This document shows, piece by piece, positions 50,119 through 63,892 of a stretch of 64,000 nt of DNA (its first letter is position 1; each line of letters begins with the position of its first letter). The position numbers and the translations under genes were made by a program. The notes under the pieces are model-generated. The model was not told the origin of the DNA. It saw only the letters and a program-made list of their open reading frames with translations, and did no database searches. This DNA is from Chrysomallon squamiferum (Eukaryota > Animalia > Mollusca), in assembly GCA_012295275.1 (NCBI GenBank), contig CM022673.1, forward strand, positions 5,580,001-5,644,000. The letters are read 5' to 3'.

Positions 50119-52345
50119 GATGCTCGTCTTTGATAACTAATCGAAATAAATGCAGTGACGAAATTGTTATTCCTTTTATTTTTTAAAGGGAAAAAAGCTC
50201 ACCCAAACTGTTTTGTGTCTAAGGTGAGGCTAAAAATAACAGATTTGCTGACTGCCCTCTCTCTTCGAGGCTAAAGAGAAAGCGCACGATTGGGTAATTT
50301 CGAATTGCCATGGAAATAACTATTAACATGCGTTTTTGGTGGAATGGTTTATGGCAGTGTTAACATGAATCTGCTCACTGCTTGCACGCTACGAGGGAAA
50401 TCTTTACAACGAAAACACGTCAGCCTTAATAAAGACCAGGGATGATGATGATGATCATGAAGATGACGATGGCGATTACAACATGACAAATATGAACAAG
50501 CCAATAAGTAACTAAATTTATAATACGGTTTACGTTTAAACGGTAAAAGTTATTTTTCTTAGATTATCTGATTCTTCACATAAAAAAATTAATGAGATAA
50601 TTAAGAAATTTAAAGAAAATAGATTAATACTGACAAACGTATTCACATTGTAAAGAATTAATCATATCCTGGAATTTTTCATGATACTTGCACTAATATG
50701 GCTACGTTGGCCCCAGTGGCATGTTGGAACACGTGCTAGGCGGCCAGTTTAAAACTGCACCCCATTTATGTGTATTACAATATACAAGGAATACTGGCGG
50801 CATCCAGGGCGACGGTAGTTTCAGGTGTTTAAATGATTGTAATGAGTTCCCCAGCAACAGCTGAATTTAACCTTTGAATCAGTGATGGACAAACTGGCTT
50901 TCAGGACGCCTCGCCTTCTTTGACGACGAAAATAACGTTCGTTAACAGTGCCGCTTGTTTTATGAAGAACCATGTTCTCAAGCCTTCTTTTTCTCGAAAA
51001 AAAAAACAAAAAAAAAAAAAAAACAACAAAAAATTCTTATAAATACAATTTCATTTATTTTTTATTTACTATTTTTATATACAGTTTATAAGTATTGGAA
51101 TTTTTATGTTTATTTTTTAGTTACTTTTTATTTTATTTTATTTTATGTTCTTAATTATTGTTTTCGGGATATAATATCATAGTATCTTTTTAAAAATAAT
51201 TGTATTGTTGTTGTTGTTGTTATTATTAAACATAATTTTTCTCTGCAAAGAAAGAAAAATAAAGTGTTGCAAATCATAGCCTACAGTTCTAAATATACCC
51301 TTTTGCTTTCTAGCTTTTTATTAAATAGGAATCTTAGTTGTTTTTTACATTGGTTTTTCCCCATCCTTAAAATTCCATTTTTCTATGTTCTCCTTCTACT
51401 AGAGCCTTATTCTTCCAGACTGTTTGTTTCAGCTAAAACTAAAAGGTTAGTTTTGATCATGCCACTTTTCTCAAGAGAAATACAAATCAAATGTATTGCC
51501 AGATTTATCCATTGTAATACTCCAATTTGCAATTGGTTTCATTCTAAAACTGAATAACCACACGTCTAGCAATCAATAACCGCCGATTAAGATTTACGGT
51601 TACTTTCATACAAAATATTTATTTATTTTCATAACACTGATAAAAAAAAAAAAAAAAAATTAAAATACATTATATATAATTTATTTATTTTTAACCAAAA
51701 AAAAAATTAGAAGTAAAAGAAATAATTAACATGAAAGCTAACAATTCTTTTCTTCAGATTTTATTCCTCAAACACATTTCACATTCTTACATCTAAACGT
51801 ATATACAGAAAATAGGCATAAAAACATACAAATTATATATCATATGTATATTCTTGTGCAATGGAGAATTCTGCCATAATCATATTTGATATCCTTTATA
51901 ATAATTAGTTACAATCGCAAATAAAAAACATGATTCATAAGCTGGAATAAATCATTAACTGAAAATACTGGAATTGCAGATGAATATAGCAATGATTCCA
52001 ATATTGTTACCAAAGGGGAAATAATTCGGTTATTATCAAAACTGTGACTTCTTATTGAGAGAATAATATATTGATTTTGCCTATAGTATGTACAACATAA
52101 TTATTATTTTATTATTATGCAAAACAGAGTAACGTTTTATCACACAGAGAAAAGAGAAAGTTATTTTTTAAATTTAAATAAATTAATTATGTTTACCATA
52201 TGCTTGAGATTCTTATTAATTTAAAAGTCTAGTGCTTAAAACATTAAATTTATAATTTGAAGGGTCCTATACTGTGTAATGCCTACATACTGGTAACTAT
52301 AATACGTTATTATTAATAATGATACTGAACACTACAACCCTGTAT

Positions 52346-52386
<41 letters not shown>

Positions 52387-54383
52387 ATAGCACTGAAATT
52401 ATAATTTTAAAAATATCATTCCTATGCTAAAATTTATTAAAATGTACAGTAAATAAAACCTACTAATAAAAAAAAACAACTAAACAAACAAATCAAAACT
52501 TTGCATATTCAAACCAATTAAAAGAACAAATGTGCTTTGTATATTTCTTGTTATATATAGACACTGCATTAATTTTTAATGATTAAATACAACACAGCTT
52601 TTCAAAAATACAATTTTTCTTTAGAGTAATATAACCACTGCAAGTTATTCCAACTTCTACTACAATATCAGGTGAACATAATATTATTATAATAATACAC
52701 CAAAAGCACATGGTTTTGAATTACTGATATCCTTTGATGCCACATGTTTGCACAATAATATCAAAAAAAAAAAAAAAAAAACATTTTGAATCATTTAATA
52801 CTCTCCTCAATAAATCCTACTTCATAATATGACTATTGCAAGAGCATAAACCCGTATTTTGTAAAATTATCAAATTACTCTACTCTGATCCTTTGACTGC
52901 TACATTATTCCTATATAACAACATAATTAACTAAATACATGTAAATATTTTCAATGAATACAACTCTACTCCATTCAGTAACTACAACCCTGTTATGCAA
53001 TAATACTGAAACTGCATAAATTCACCATATTTATATTCAGTTACATAACAATACATGTACACTTCAATCTACACACACATACGCACACTATAAATATACA
53101 TTTATTAAGATGTACCTTAAATAATTAACATTTAACAGGTATCAATTAAATGAAAAACAATCGCCAGACAGAATTAAAAAAAAAAAAACTGTATTTACTG
53201 CTAAGGTATAATACAATTAAATAAAAAATAATAATAATAATTTATATACATTAATAATAACAGATAATTAATAAAAAAAAATACTAGTCAAAGACAAATA
53301 ATCTTTTCTACTTCAAATTTTATGATTATATGCAACAAATTAGCTTATTTTGAGTTTATTTGAGTAAATTTTTTTTTTCAGTACAGAGATCAATATTGTG
53401 CAACAAAATCCTGAAGAATATCCAGATATAATTAACTTTAAAAAAACCCCATAGATCATCTAGATGACTGACAACATTATGTAAAGAGTGTCACTGGCAC
53501 TGTTGTATCATAACACATACTGACTATAGTAATAGTACAATAATCTAAGATAGTTATTTTCATAACACAATACTAACTGCCTCAAAATAATAATAATAAT
53601 TATTTTTTGAATAATAAAATACTGGTCCCACAACCAATATGCTTGATGTTAAAATGATATTGTGATGGTATGAACAAATAAATTTTGCATTCTTTTAAAT
53701 TCCACATGATTGTTTTATTTCTTTATAAGTAACATTAAACAACCCTTATTAATAATAAAGAATTTAAATTTTATCAGCCAAACATGATTTATATCAAATG
53801 ACATAAGAATGTTTGTGATTTCTTACACAGAAATAAAAACTACAATTTATTTTTATCATAATCTTAATAAATTAATTAATAGCAACAAATCAATGATTTA
53901 ACAAAAATAAAGATAAATTTGAATGTACACTGTAACAGCTATATGCTGATTCAGTGTTCATTTGAAAGAGAATAAAATTAATTTGGTAAAATTATTATTT
54001 CTATAATATAACCACTCTATCAAATTTGATCATAAGCTTTTGGATAATCATACAGAAGTTTTGCATATTATTTCAAAAAATGTTCCATGTGTAAATTAAT
54101 TCCAAAATGCTTGAAATTAAATAAATGATTTAAAAATATACATTTTAAATTTGTTGTATATACAAGTCTCTGCAGTGCACATTAACCAATTCAAATCCAT
54201 TAAAAAACAGTAGACGTATGTAAATGAACAAAATAATATCAATAGTAAACAAACATAAAATCTTTTTGTCACAGAAAAATAAAATATTGATAAATATAAT
54301 ATTACACTGATAAAAATAGAAGAATTTGCACTGAGCCAAGGTATTACAGCTGTGACGATGGGGATGCAGAGGGACAGTAGGTA

Positions 54384-56154
54384 TCATGGCATCCAGTTGG
54401 GTAAGAGATGGACCTGCCCCACGTCCTTCAGGTGATGGTTGGGATCTCCCGGGATCTGGAAACAGTCGACAGGGTGGGCCCCTATTGTCCTGTTGTAAAG
54501 ATTTAAACTGAAGTCAGTGCAGCCTAAGAGCTGTGTCTTGTGTTCATGGTTGACATTCACTTTGAAAGTCATGTTAAAAAAGTGTATGCAGATGTCGGCC
54601 ACTTTTGGGTGAGAACCAAGGCAGATCAGGGGAGGATCGACAGCTGAAAAGTAAAATTCATTCACATCATGTAAATTATCTGAATGAATGGCTACGAATA
54701 CTTTAGGTTAGTTTAACAAAGTGTATACATTTTCTTATATTCTGATAATATGAACAAAGAAACTTATTTTCACCACACCAAGGTCTCCTTGTTCTAATTA
54801 GCTGGAAGAGATCTGTAACTCTACTTCCTATAAACAGGAAAGTAGATTCTTCAAATAAACCACACAGTGCAGTATTAAATTTAATAAAAAGTTTTTTGGG
54901 GAAGGGAAACCAATCAGCAATCTGATAACCAATGTGTATAATAAAAATAAATAAAGAACTGCATCACATAATAATATTATTTATGTTAAAATTACTAACC
55001 TGATATTGATTTCTTGTATATTAAAGTTTTATTGAGATGAACTTCTAAATCCATTTCCTGCAGAGAAATATAAAATATTACAAACAATTCCCACAGCAAC
55101 TACTATTTCTGAAATATTTTTCTAAATTCAATTAAATGGTTTTCTACAAACATAATTTATTCAAAACTTCAGCAGACATAAATGAAATTTCAAAAAACAT
55201 TTACAAGTACATGTATATAAAGTGAACATACCTGTGACTTTGAAAGGAATGTAAAATTGGAGCAAACTGTTGTATTGAGATGGAGTCTTTTATTTGATAT
55301 CTGTGCACAGCACACACAATAACGTTCCCAACAATCACAAAATCCAATGTGGAATGGCATTTTGTATGTGTAATTGGCTGTTCTGTTATTTGTACTCTGC
55401 AAAGTAGGGCCTGTTAAATCAAGTGGTTGAAGTTTATTTAGGAATTCAGTATCCTTCATGATATTTCCTATATCTTCAAATGATATGCTCAAATTCCATC
55501 GTGAAGATTCGAACAAAAAGTGTGTTTGATGTTTTTGTTCCATTAGACCTAAAACAGCCAAATGTTGCAGTGTTTTGTTTTTAACTTTTTCTCCAACTTC
55601 CAGTGTCTTGTTTTTAACTTTATTTCCCATTTCAAAAGTCTTGTTCTTAATTTGTAAGCCTATTTTTATAATCTTGTTCAAATTGGTATCGCCTTCCTCC
55701 TTGACATTTGCCTGCAAGTTATTTCTGTTTTCTTTAACAGAAGAAGCTGATAGTGGTGAATGCACAAGAATAATCTGGGAATTTTTATCATTAACAATTC
55801 CTTGATCGAGAATTAGTGGTGGTTGCAGAACATTATGTTTATTGTCAATTGGAAAAGACTTTGTAAACTGTCTGTTAATTTCGTTGACACTGTCATGGGA
55901 ATACTGGTTTTCTTTGTCAACTGCAAATACATAATCTGTTTTATCTGAAGAACAAAATAAAGATGTAATAACAGTAATAATAAAAATAGTGAATAATATT
56001 AATTAATAATATGAATGAATATTTAATTTTAGCTTCCTTATTTATAGCATCATTTATATGAACCAGAATATTTTTAAAATTATTTATTTATATTTGTGTA
56101 TATGAATATTAGTGATAAATATTTTTTACTACAATTTGCAATATAAAATAAAAA

Positions 56155-56203
<49 letters not shown>

Positions 56204-56655
56204 TTAAAATCATTATTAAGCATACTATCAATGTTTCATCGTAACTATGCAATACATTTTTAATAAACTGCACTTTTTTAAGGCCAAGTTTATTTTAAAC
56301 ATTATTTATAATATCATCTTTTCAATATTGATCTCTGGTTACTGTTATTCCTTGTAGTTAACTAATAACACTAATATCATAAATATGCTAGTGTGTACGG
56401 CCTCCGGCCAAATGCAAATTTTGAAATTACAATTTGGTTATTATTTTGTATTTATTTTTTAAATTTTCTATTATTTTTATTTTTTTATTTTTTGCAATTA
56501 AAATAAATTAACAGAAATTTAGGAGTATATTTATGAATTTTACCTTTAGGACTAGAAAAGGAGATTAGCAAATACACAACCCAAAATACAGAAGCGCACA
56601 ATAATAATAACAAGGCTCTCTTTTTCCTATAAAATAATTTTAACAGCAAAGCCAT
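54384..56655 (-). CDS. Type II membrane/secreted protein with a C-terminal Cys-rich DUF4773-like domain, 4 exons (56655-56544, 55944-55232, 55057-55000, 54643-54384)
   Basis: N-terminal basic patch plus hydrophobic anchor (RKKRALLLLLCASVFWVVYLLISF), in-phase GT-AG junctions, and the pattern CDCWERYCVCC...VCSNFTF...ISAVDPPLIC...ADICIHFFN...LLGC...DCF, which I recognise as DUF4773-like from memory. Confidence 0.8.
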
Positions 56656-56841
56656 ATTCTTGAGGGTCAAGGTTGGCCCTCTTTGGCGATTGACTAATGC
56701 TTGACGATCATTACGGCGTAATAATAAATTTGCAGGCAGTTAATTATTTCCTTCTTCCTGTTGTTGTAAATAAGTGTTTTAACACGTGTTTTTAGTTATT
56801 TGTCGTGTATGTGTGTATTAATATATCAATTACATTTAATT
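56656..56841. promoter_or_regulatory. Very compact bidirectional promoter
   Basis: Only 186 bp separate the divergent ATGs at 56655 (-) and 56842 (+). Locally CpG-containing. Confidence 0.65.
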
Positions 56842-59800
56842 ATGGCCTCTGCAGTTAGTGAAGATTATGAAGAAAATGTTAACACAAGACCTCAATTTGG
56901 CACTCGCTTTTTGACAGACTCACAAAATGTATTTCAGCATAATGCTTGGTAAACACTTATTGAGTTATTCAGTTATTACTTGTTTTAATGAAATCTGAAA
57001 TAGCGTACGATTCACTCAGTTAAAATAATAATAATATTGACAAACATTTTAAAAAAATAAAATAAAAAAAATATATATTTTGTATGTCAACTGAAAATCA
57101 AAATTACAACAACAACGAACAATAATAATCTCCTTTAATTTAAAAAATAAATAATTGATATATCAGTAACTGGTAATGGTATTGTCTGTGGTAAGCAGTT
57201 TAAAAATAATGAATACAAGAATGAAAACTATAAACTTGGGATTCTGATTTACTGGAACATCATATATATATTATATAAAAATGTTGAATCATAATAATTA
57301 TTTTGGTAGAATTTTTATTTACTTATTTATATATATATTTAATATGTACTTAAGTCAGAGTGCAGGGTTTCATAACATTGATGATTAATACTTTTTTGTT
57401 CTGTCAATAAGTTTAATATTCTTTTTCAACTGCTGATCCTTATCTTTTGTGGCTTTGTCCTAAGAACAATGGTTTACAAGTAAACTAAATTTTCTCATTT
57501 GTTTCCTAAATCAGAAGAATTGAATACTGCTTTTTCATATTTGGTATTTCAGAACTGTCTTGAGATAAAGTGTAATAATCCATACAGAAATGATTCTCAG
57601 AAACAGACAATATGTACTCTGTAGTAGGCTGGTATTTTCAGCTGTAAAAAGTGCTTTAAAATCTGCAAGCCAAAACTCTAAAATTACATGCCAGATCAGT
57701 GTCACTTCTGGTCAGCATAATAATACTGTAGAAGCAAAATGTGGTGACTATAAAACAGAATATGTTAGTCCCAGCAGACAGCGTCCACTCACAGACCCTT
57801 CTAGAGTTTGGGAATTCAATAATTGGTTAGTTCGTAATTATTATAGAATTATTTTTCAATCTTTATTTTCAGTCTTAATTTTATTAATGAATTATGGTCT
57901 TAGTGAACGTAGTGTTTTTTTTGTTTTTTTTTAATTTATTTATATAGTTTATTTTAAACTTGATTGGCTATATTTATGAATATATAAATGTCTGAAAGGT
58001 CTGGAAAACTGATTTTAAGAAGGAATATTGTTATTGCATTTAATCTCCATATAATGATATACTCTGACGACTAAATAACATATTTCACTGTGTTTGACTT
58101 AACATAGTATGTTCTTATGTGTAAACATCTTAGTGATTGTTTCTTTTTAATCAAAAACAAATTTAATATTTCCAGGGACAATGTTGTATGGGACACTGAT
58201 CAAGAAGATGAGGCTAGAAGAAAAACAGAAGAACAAGCTGATAACATGGCACCAGAAGAAAAGATAGGTAAAAAATACAATTTGGATTTCTTAATGTCTA
58301 TATTTATGAGAAAAAAACAACCAAAAACGTTATTTTAGTGATAAATATATCTTTATAAAAAAAGTTTATGAGTAGTACTTCAAAATCAAAAGTATTCAGT
58401 AGTTATTAAGATTTTGTATTATTTTTTTTTAAATATCTGTTCTTTTCATTTGTTCATGTAATCAAATAATTAAAAGATAATTATGTTTATGTTTAATCCT
58501 CCACTCCATGTCATTAAAAACTGTATTAAATAATGACACATCATTTTTTCTTTTTAAATGTTTTCAAAAGCATTGTTGTTATTATTTAATTTTTTTATTA
58601 ATTAATTATATATGAATAAATTATTATTGTTTAATGCTTAATACATATATATACATTTTATTTTAATTTAATTTGATTAAAAATATTTTTAGAAGTAAAC
58701 TTGTTTGTCATTTTTGAATATCAAAGTCCAACATGCTTTGTTTACATTCTTCAGTTTTATATGAAAAGAAAGCTGATTATTTTTGGGATGAGTTCTACAA
58801 TGTACACACAAACAGATTCTTTAAAGATCGTCACTGGTTATTTACTGAATTTCCTGAACTTTATACAAAAAAAAATCAGAAAGAAACTGAGATTCCAGGG
58901 AATTTCATCTGCCAAGCATCACAAGAACAGAAGAACTGTGTTGTTAATGAAAAAACTGATGACTGTCAGGTTGTTTCTGGAATTCAACCTGATAGTAAAA
59001 CATTGAAATTAAATGACAATGATTTGAAAAAAGAAGGCATGAATGACATAACAGAGCAAGTGAAAAAGGTTTGTGTTGATGATGTTGGATGCAGTTTTCC
59101 AGGAGAAAAAGCAAAATTTCGTATTCTTGAGGTATGTAATATGTTGAAATTAAAATTTGTTTTATATCTTGAATGACTGAAAAATAATTACTTTTTAAAC
59201 TTTTATGTTCACTCTCATAAAGTTGATAATTTGGGGTTTTCTGTAGCTTGTTGTAAGACCTTTCTTGCATTATATTTTTAAAACATTTAAATATAGATAT
59301 AGTTAAGAAATTTTAAAACAGAAATTTATAAGGTAGATGGATTTTATATGTTTGAGATATAAAAATTGTTTAATATATGGACATTTTCAGGTTGGCTGTG
59401 GTGTTGGCAATACAGTATATCCAATTTTACAAACAAACAAGTAAGAAATAGATACTTCTGTCTAAAATTTTTATTTAATTTTCTATAACAGAAATACTGC
59501 TTTGTATATTCAAAATAAAAATACATCCATACATACTTTCAAAGGTTTCTTGTGCTATTGTTACACTTTATTGGAAGTAAAATTAGATAACAATAATAAG
59601 AAAACAAATCCTTTGCAGGTATATAAAAACAAAATATGTACATTTATGCTGTCTCTCCACATTATCAGTATCACAAGAAATGAAATAATTTAAACTTGTT
59701 TAATTGCGTTTTTAACTGTATTACAGTGATCCAGATCTGATGGTTTACTGCTGTGATTTCTCACCAACCGCCATACAGTTAGTGAAGGTAAATAATCATA

Positions 59801-61217
59801 TATTTTTAAATTTTATGTATTCAATGCCAGCAATGACCAGGTGCAAAATATAAAAATATTTTAAAAGGAACAGCCAAATAGAAATAAAAGAGAGGAATAA
59901 AAAAAGCCTAATATCAATGAAGAATATCAGCCAATCATTTCACTTTGTAATTATATATGTAAAATCTTTTCCAGATTTTTTATTACAAACAAGCAAAACA
60001 AAAAAATAGAGAGGGTAAATATGAATAAAATTCATTTCCCTATTGTGTATGGCTACAATGCAAGTGAAATAGAAAACACTGGGTAATATTTCATAAAAAA
60101 ACTTAAGTGAATTCCATGTAAAATCCGTTTGGTCAGTCAGAATATAACCTGTACATAACTAGGGGATGATTGCAGACTTCTAATATTTAGACACTGATTA
60201 TTTATTCAGGAGCACCCAGACTATGATCCTGCCCACTGCCACGCCTTTGTATGTGACATCACAGCTGACCAGTTAGAAATGCCATTTCCTGAAAACAGTC
60301 TTGATATTGTTATCATGATCTTTGTCTTATCAGCCATAAACCCTGACAAGTGAGACTACAGTTAATTTTCTGTTTCATTCTGCAAATATCTCACTTCAAA
60401 ACAAATTATATTTAATTTAACATTTCATTGTGTGAACAAGCTGACAAAAATATTTTTTATCTGTAAATTTGTATCTGAATCTGTATCTATCTACATATCT
60501 ATATATCTGTATATCTATAATTCAATATCTTTATCCATATCCATTATCTATCTATGTGTTCAAGTTTCTGTATTTATAATTTATATATATCTACTTGTAT
60601 CTATCTATCTGTCTGCCTGTCTCTATACCAATCTATCCATCTGTCTGTCTGTCTCTGTATCAATCTGTCTATCTATCTATCTACCTATATATTGATCTGT
60701 ATATCTATTGGTCTACCTATCTATACATACATACATATTTCTAAGTTTTTTGTTTGAAATTCAATTCTGTAAAATGAACTATGGGCTAACTTCTAAGAAT
60801 AAGCTATAAGATCAATTGACTCACTCTAGTTAAAAATATAGCTTCAAGGATTGTTTATTATTTAAAGCTAACCACATCCACTGATTTCCATAAATATATA
60901 TACTAAAGATGGCTTAGTAAGTTAGTACCTTATATTTCATTTCTACTGAAAAATTGTTTAAATCATTTTTCTGACAAAAATAGATTTTGAATGTTGTGAA
61001 ATAAATTTTGAAAAATATAAAATAAATTGCTTACTCTACTGTTTAAATAATTATTTTCTACACCAGAATGCAGGCAGCAGTAAACCAGTTGGTGAAATGT
61101 TTAAAACCTGGAGGACTTATTCTATTTCGTGATTATGGAAGATATGACTTAGCACAGTTGAGATTCAAGAAAGGTAACTCTTAAATGATCATATCAGGAT
61201 TAAATAACTACCTAATG

Positions 61218-61258
<41 letters not shown>

Positions 61259-62324
61259 TTGCTGTTGGATATTTTGTCAAGAGTTATTAGACTTCTTCTT
61301 TATAGTTATAAGATTTGAAAAATTTGGTGTTAATAATCATGTACATTTGATGGCATTAATTTATGTTCCTGACATCAGAATAAAATCTGAAGGCACCTTA
61401 ATAAGTTATATAAATCAGAACAATTTTTAAAATACTCCTTATTTTATACTTTCACAAAATTAGGTTAATTCAAACTTGTGTTGTTCCTTTGTCCAAGTAT
61501 TTTTTTATTTGTTTATTAATATCTTCTCACATATTCTTACAAGCAAAATGTTCTTTATTTTTCTCCATTTTTACTGTGTTGTTAGGAAGATGTTTGTCAA
61601 GAAATTTCTATGTTAGAGGAGATGGCACAAGAGTTTACTTCTTTACTCAAGGTGAATTTCATTTGTATTGTTATTATTATAATGCATTTTATTTATTTTT
61701 TAATCTCAAGCAGGAATTGTAAATAAAACATGGTTCTTTGTCTGTTTTCTGAGCAGTACATGTCATTAACAGGGACCACTGTCTTGATCAGTTGTTTTAT
61801 AAAATTCATATTCTTCTGAGCTGAAAAAACCCCAGACATTGCCATGGTGTTTTATGATTTTTAAAACAGTAGCATTTCTTCATAATTTTGTCTACGTGAA
61901 AAGAATATTCTTGATAAAAATTTAATTTAAATCAGTGAATAACAACTACCAGGGATCTTACGCGATTTTAATTTAGTTTTTTCCACTTATAATCTGTCTA
62001 AAAAATATGACTGAATACTTTTTGTGTTTTTTTGATTTATTGTGAGAAAAAAACGGAAAATTAAAGTAAATCCAGTTTCTTCTCAATTTATCATTATTTA
62101 ATATGTCTTTACTAGCTGATATGTTATTTATCTTTTTTGTATATTGTTTTTATCTTGATATTTCAGAGGAACTTAAAACTATGTTTGAAAATGCTGGACT
62201 GGTTGAAGTACAAAATCTTATTGACAGAAGATTGCAAGTAAATAGGGGCAAACAACTCAAAATGTATCGTGTCTGGATTCAGTGCAAATACAAAAAACCT
62301 GAACAGCCTGAGCCTGCTAGTTGA
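56842..62324 (+). CDS. METTL2: METTL2-like tRNA N3-methylcytidine (m3C32) methyltransferase, cytosolic-type isoform using exon 1a
   Basis: Exons: 56842-56948, 58176-58267, 58755-59131, 59391-59440, 59727-59787, 60210-60349, 61067-61173, 61587-61651, 62167-62324. Motifs: [52 protein letters not shown] (SAM binding), [71 protein letters not shown]. Confidence 0.95.
57590..57825 (+). CDS. Alternative first coding exon (1b) of the METTL2-like gene, encoding a mitochondrial-presequence-like N-terminus
   Basis: 78 codons plus TG|gttagt, the same phase-2 Trp junction as exon 1a. It ends [17 protein letters not shown], homologous to [17 protein letters not shown]. Residues 1-47 have no Asp/Glu and six Arg/Lys. 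Confidence 0.8.
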
Positions 62325-62651
62325 CGAAGACTTATTTAAATTTTAAAAATTATTTTATAAGATTAAAAATAACTATTAACTTTAAAAAAAACCAAAAAAA
62401 AACCACTACACCAAAATTTTAAAGTTTTAGATATTCAATTTTATTGTCATTAAATTATTTTTAACAATTGAATGTTGTTTTTCCTTTCTTTTTGTATGTG
62501 TATCTACCACATATATGTCGTTATAAAATTGTTTTTAAAAAATGAGAATGAAAAAACCTGAAATGTAAACCAAAACTTATTAATTTATTTGATTATAATA
62601 CATAATGGCATCATCTGCATCCAGTTTTAAACAACACTGATAAACTTACTG

Positions 62652-62655
<4 letters not shown>

Positions 62656-62682
<27 letters not shown>

Positions 62683-62797
62683 GTTTTGTTTTGTTTTGTT
62701 TTGTTTTATTTTATTTTATTTTATTTTATTTTATTTTATTTTATTTTATTTTTATTTTATTTTTATTTATTTTTATTATTATTATTATTATTATTAA
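62656..62797. repeat. Compound microsatellite (TTTTG)n-(TTTTA)n-(TTA)n
   Basis: Direct observation. Confidence 0.95.
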
Positions 62798-63826
62798 TTT
62801 GAAAAGGCTGTTATGACAGGTATAAAATTAAAAAAGAGAAAGTAACAATTTATTTCTAATAATTTTAAAGACAACATAGCCTATATCAGATTGCTGTATT
62901 ATTCTCTGCTTACTTCACTCCTTCCTAATCTGATCACTGGAAAAAACTATACTGTGTTCAGATTTTAAAATACATTTTATAAATTCTTACTGTTAGAAAC
63001 CAGAGTATTCATGTTGTTTTTTTTTTTTTAATTATTAACAGTTCTTATGTCCTAATCAGTAAAAATATAAATGAAGTTTCTTTCTTTATTTTTTCTATGT
63101 GTAGTTTTAAAAATAACGTTTTGGCAACCACTTGTTTTGCATAGTGAGTAGTGACATTTTGTTATTCATTTCTCACTATTTCAGTACCATTGTAATTTTA
63201 TCTGCCTCACAAATGTAACTGAGGATTTGATAAATAATTATTTACAAACTGATATTTAATATCCAACATTATTTATTTATTTTATTTTATTAATATTTAT
63301 TTTTTATTGTAGTAGTAGCTAATTTTATTCATTTATTATTATTTTTTTATTATTTATTATTTGTGCAACATTTAAAACTTTTACATTGCATTAATATCTG
63401 AACTGTGTAAATAAATGCACCCCAATAATAACTATCAAAACAACAAAATCATACAGAATAAACACAAATTATCTACTCCTCCAAACAATAAAGACAGCAA
63501 AAATGTTCGTTTCACTGAGTAGAAAGGGAAATAAACCCGCCAACTACACTGACCTATTGATCAACGACCTTTTTTTCAATTATCAACACCGTTGCCTTAT
63601 ACAAGTAGCTAATACATAAACTCCTATACTATTGTCCTCTATCATTTTTTCCCCTTCTTATTTTTTTATTATTATTTTTTTTTCTCTCGCTTATTACCTT
63701 TTTTCTTGGCACATTTATGAGACTTATCTCCACCATGCATGTACAATCACGACTTATACTTTTCTCGCCTCCGGAAATCGAGAGTTTGTTCTGTACATTT
63801 CTATTCCAGCAGACGACATTTCAAAA

Positions 63827-63892
63827 ATGGGGACCCACACTGGAGTTATACTGTCACCAGATATACTGAAAGAAGTTGAAAATACTTTAATG
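63827..63892 (+). CDS. Possible first coding exon of an unidentified downstream gene (MGTHTGVILSPDILKEVENTLM)
   Basis: Good start context caaaaATGG, a CpG-containing upstream region with ETS-like ccggaaat (63771-63778), and a candidate donor atg|gtatgg. No family recognised. Confidence 0.35.

Noticed and set aside
54117-54387. About 88 open in-frame codons after the DUF4773-like TGA stop (possible readthrough or selenocysteine), plus an overlapping 80-aa ORF
   Set aside because: The context is TGA-T (not leaky), no SECIS was seen, and the T-rich UTR is open in two frames with Phe/Ile/Leu-biased composition, consistent with chance.
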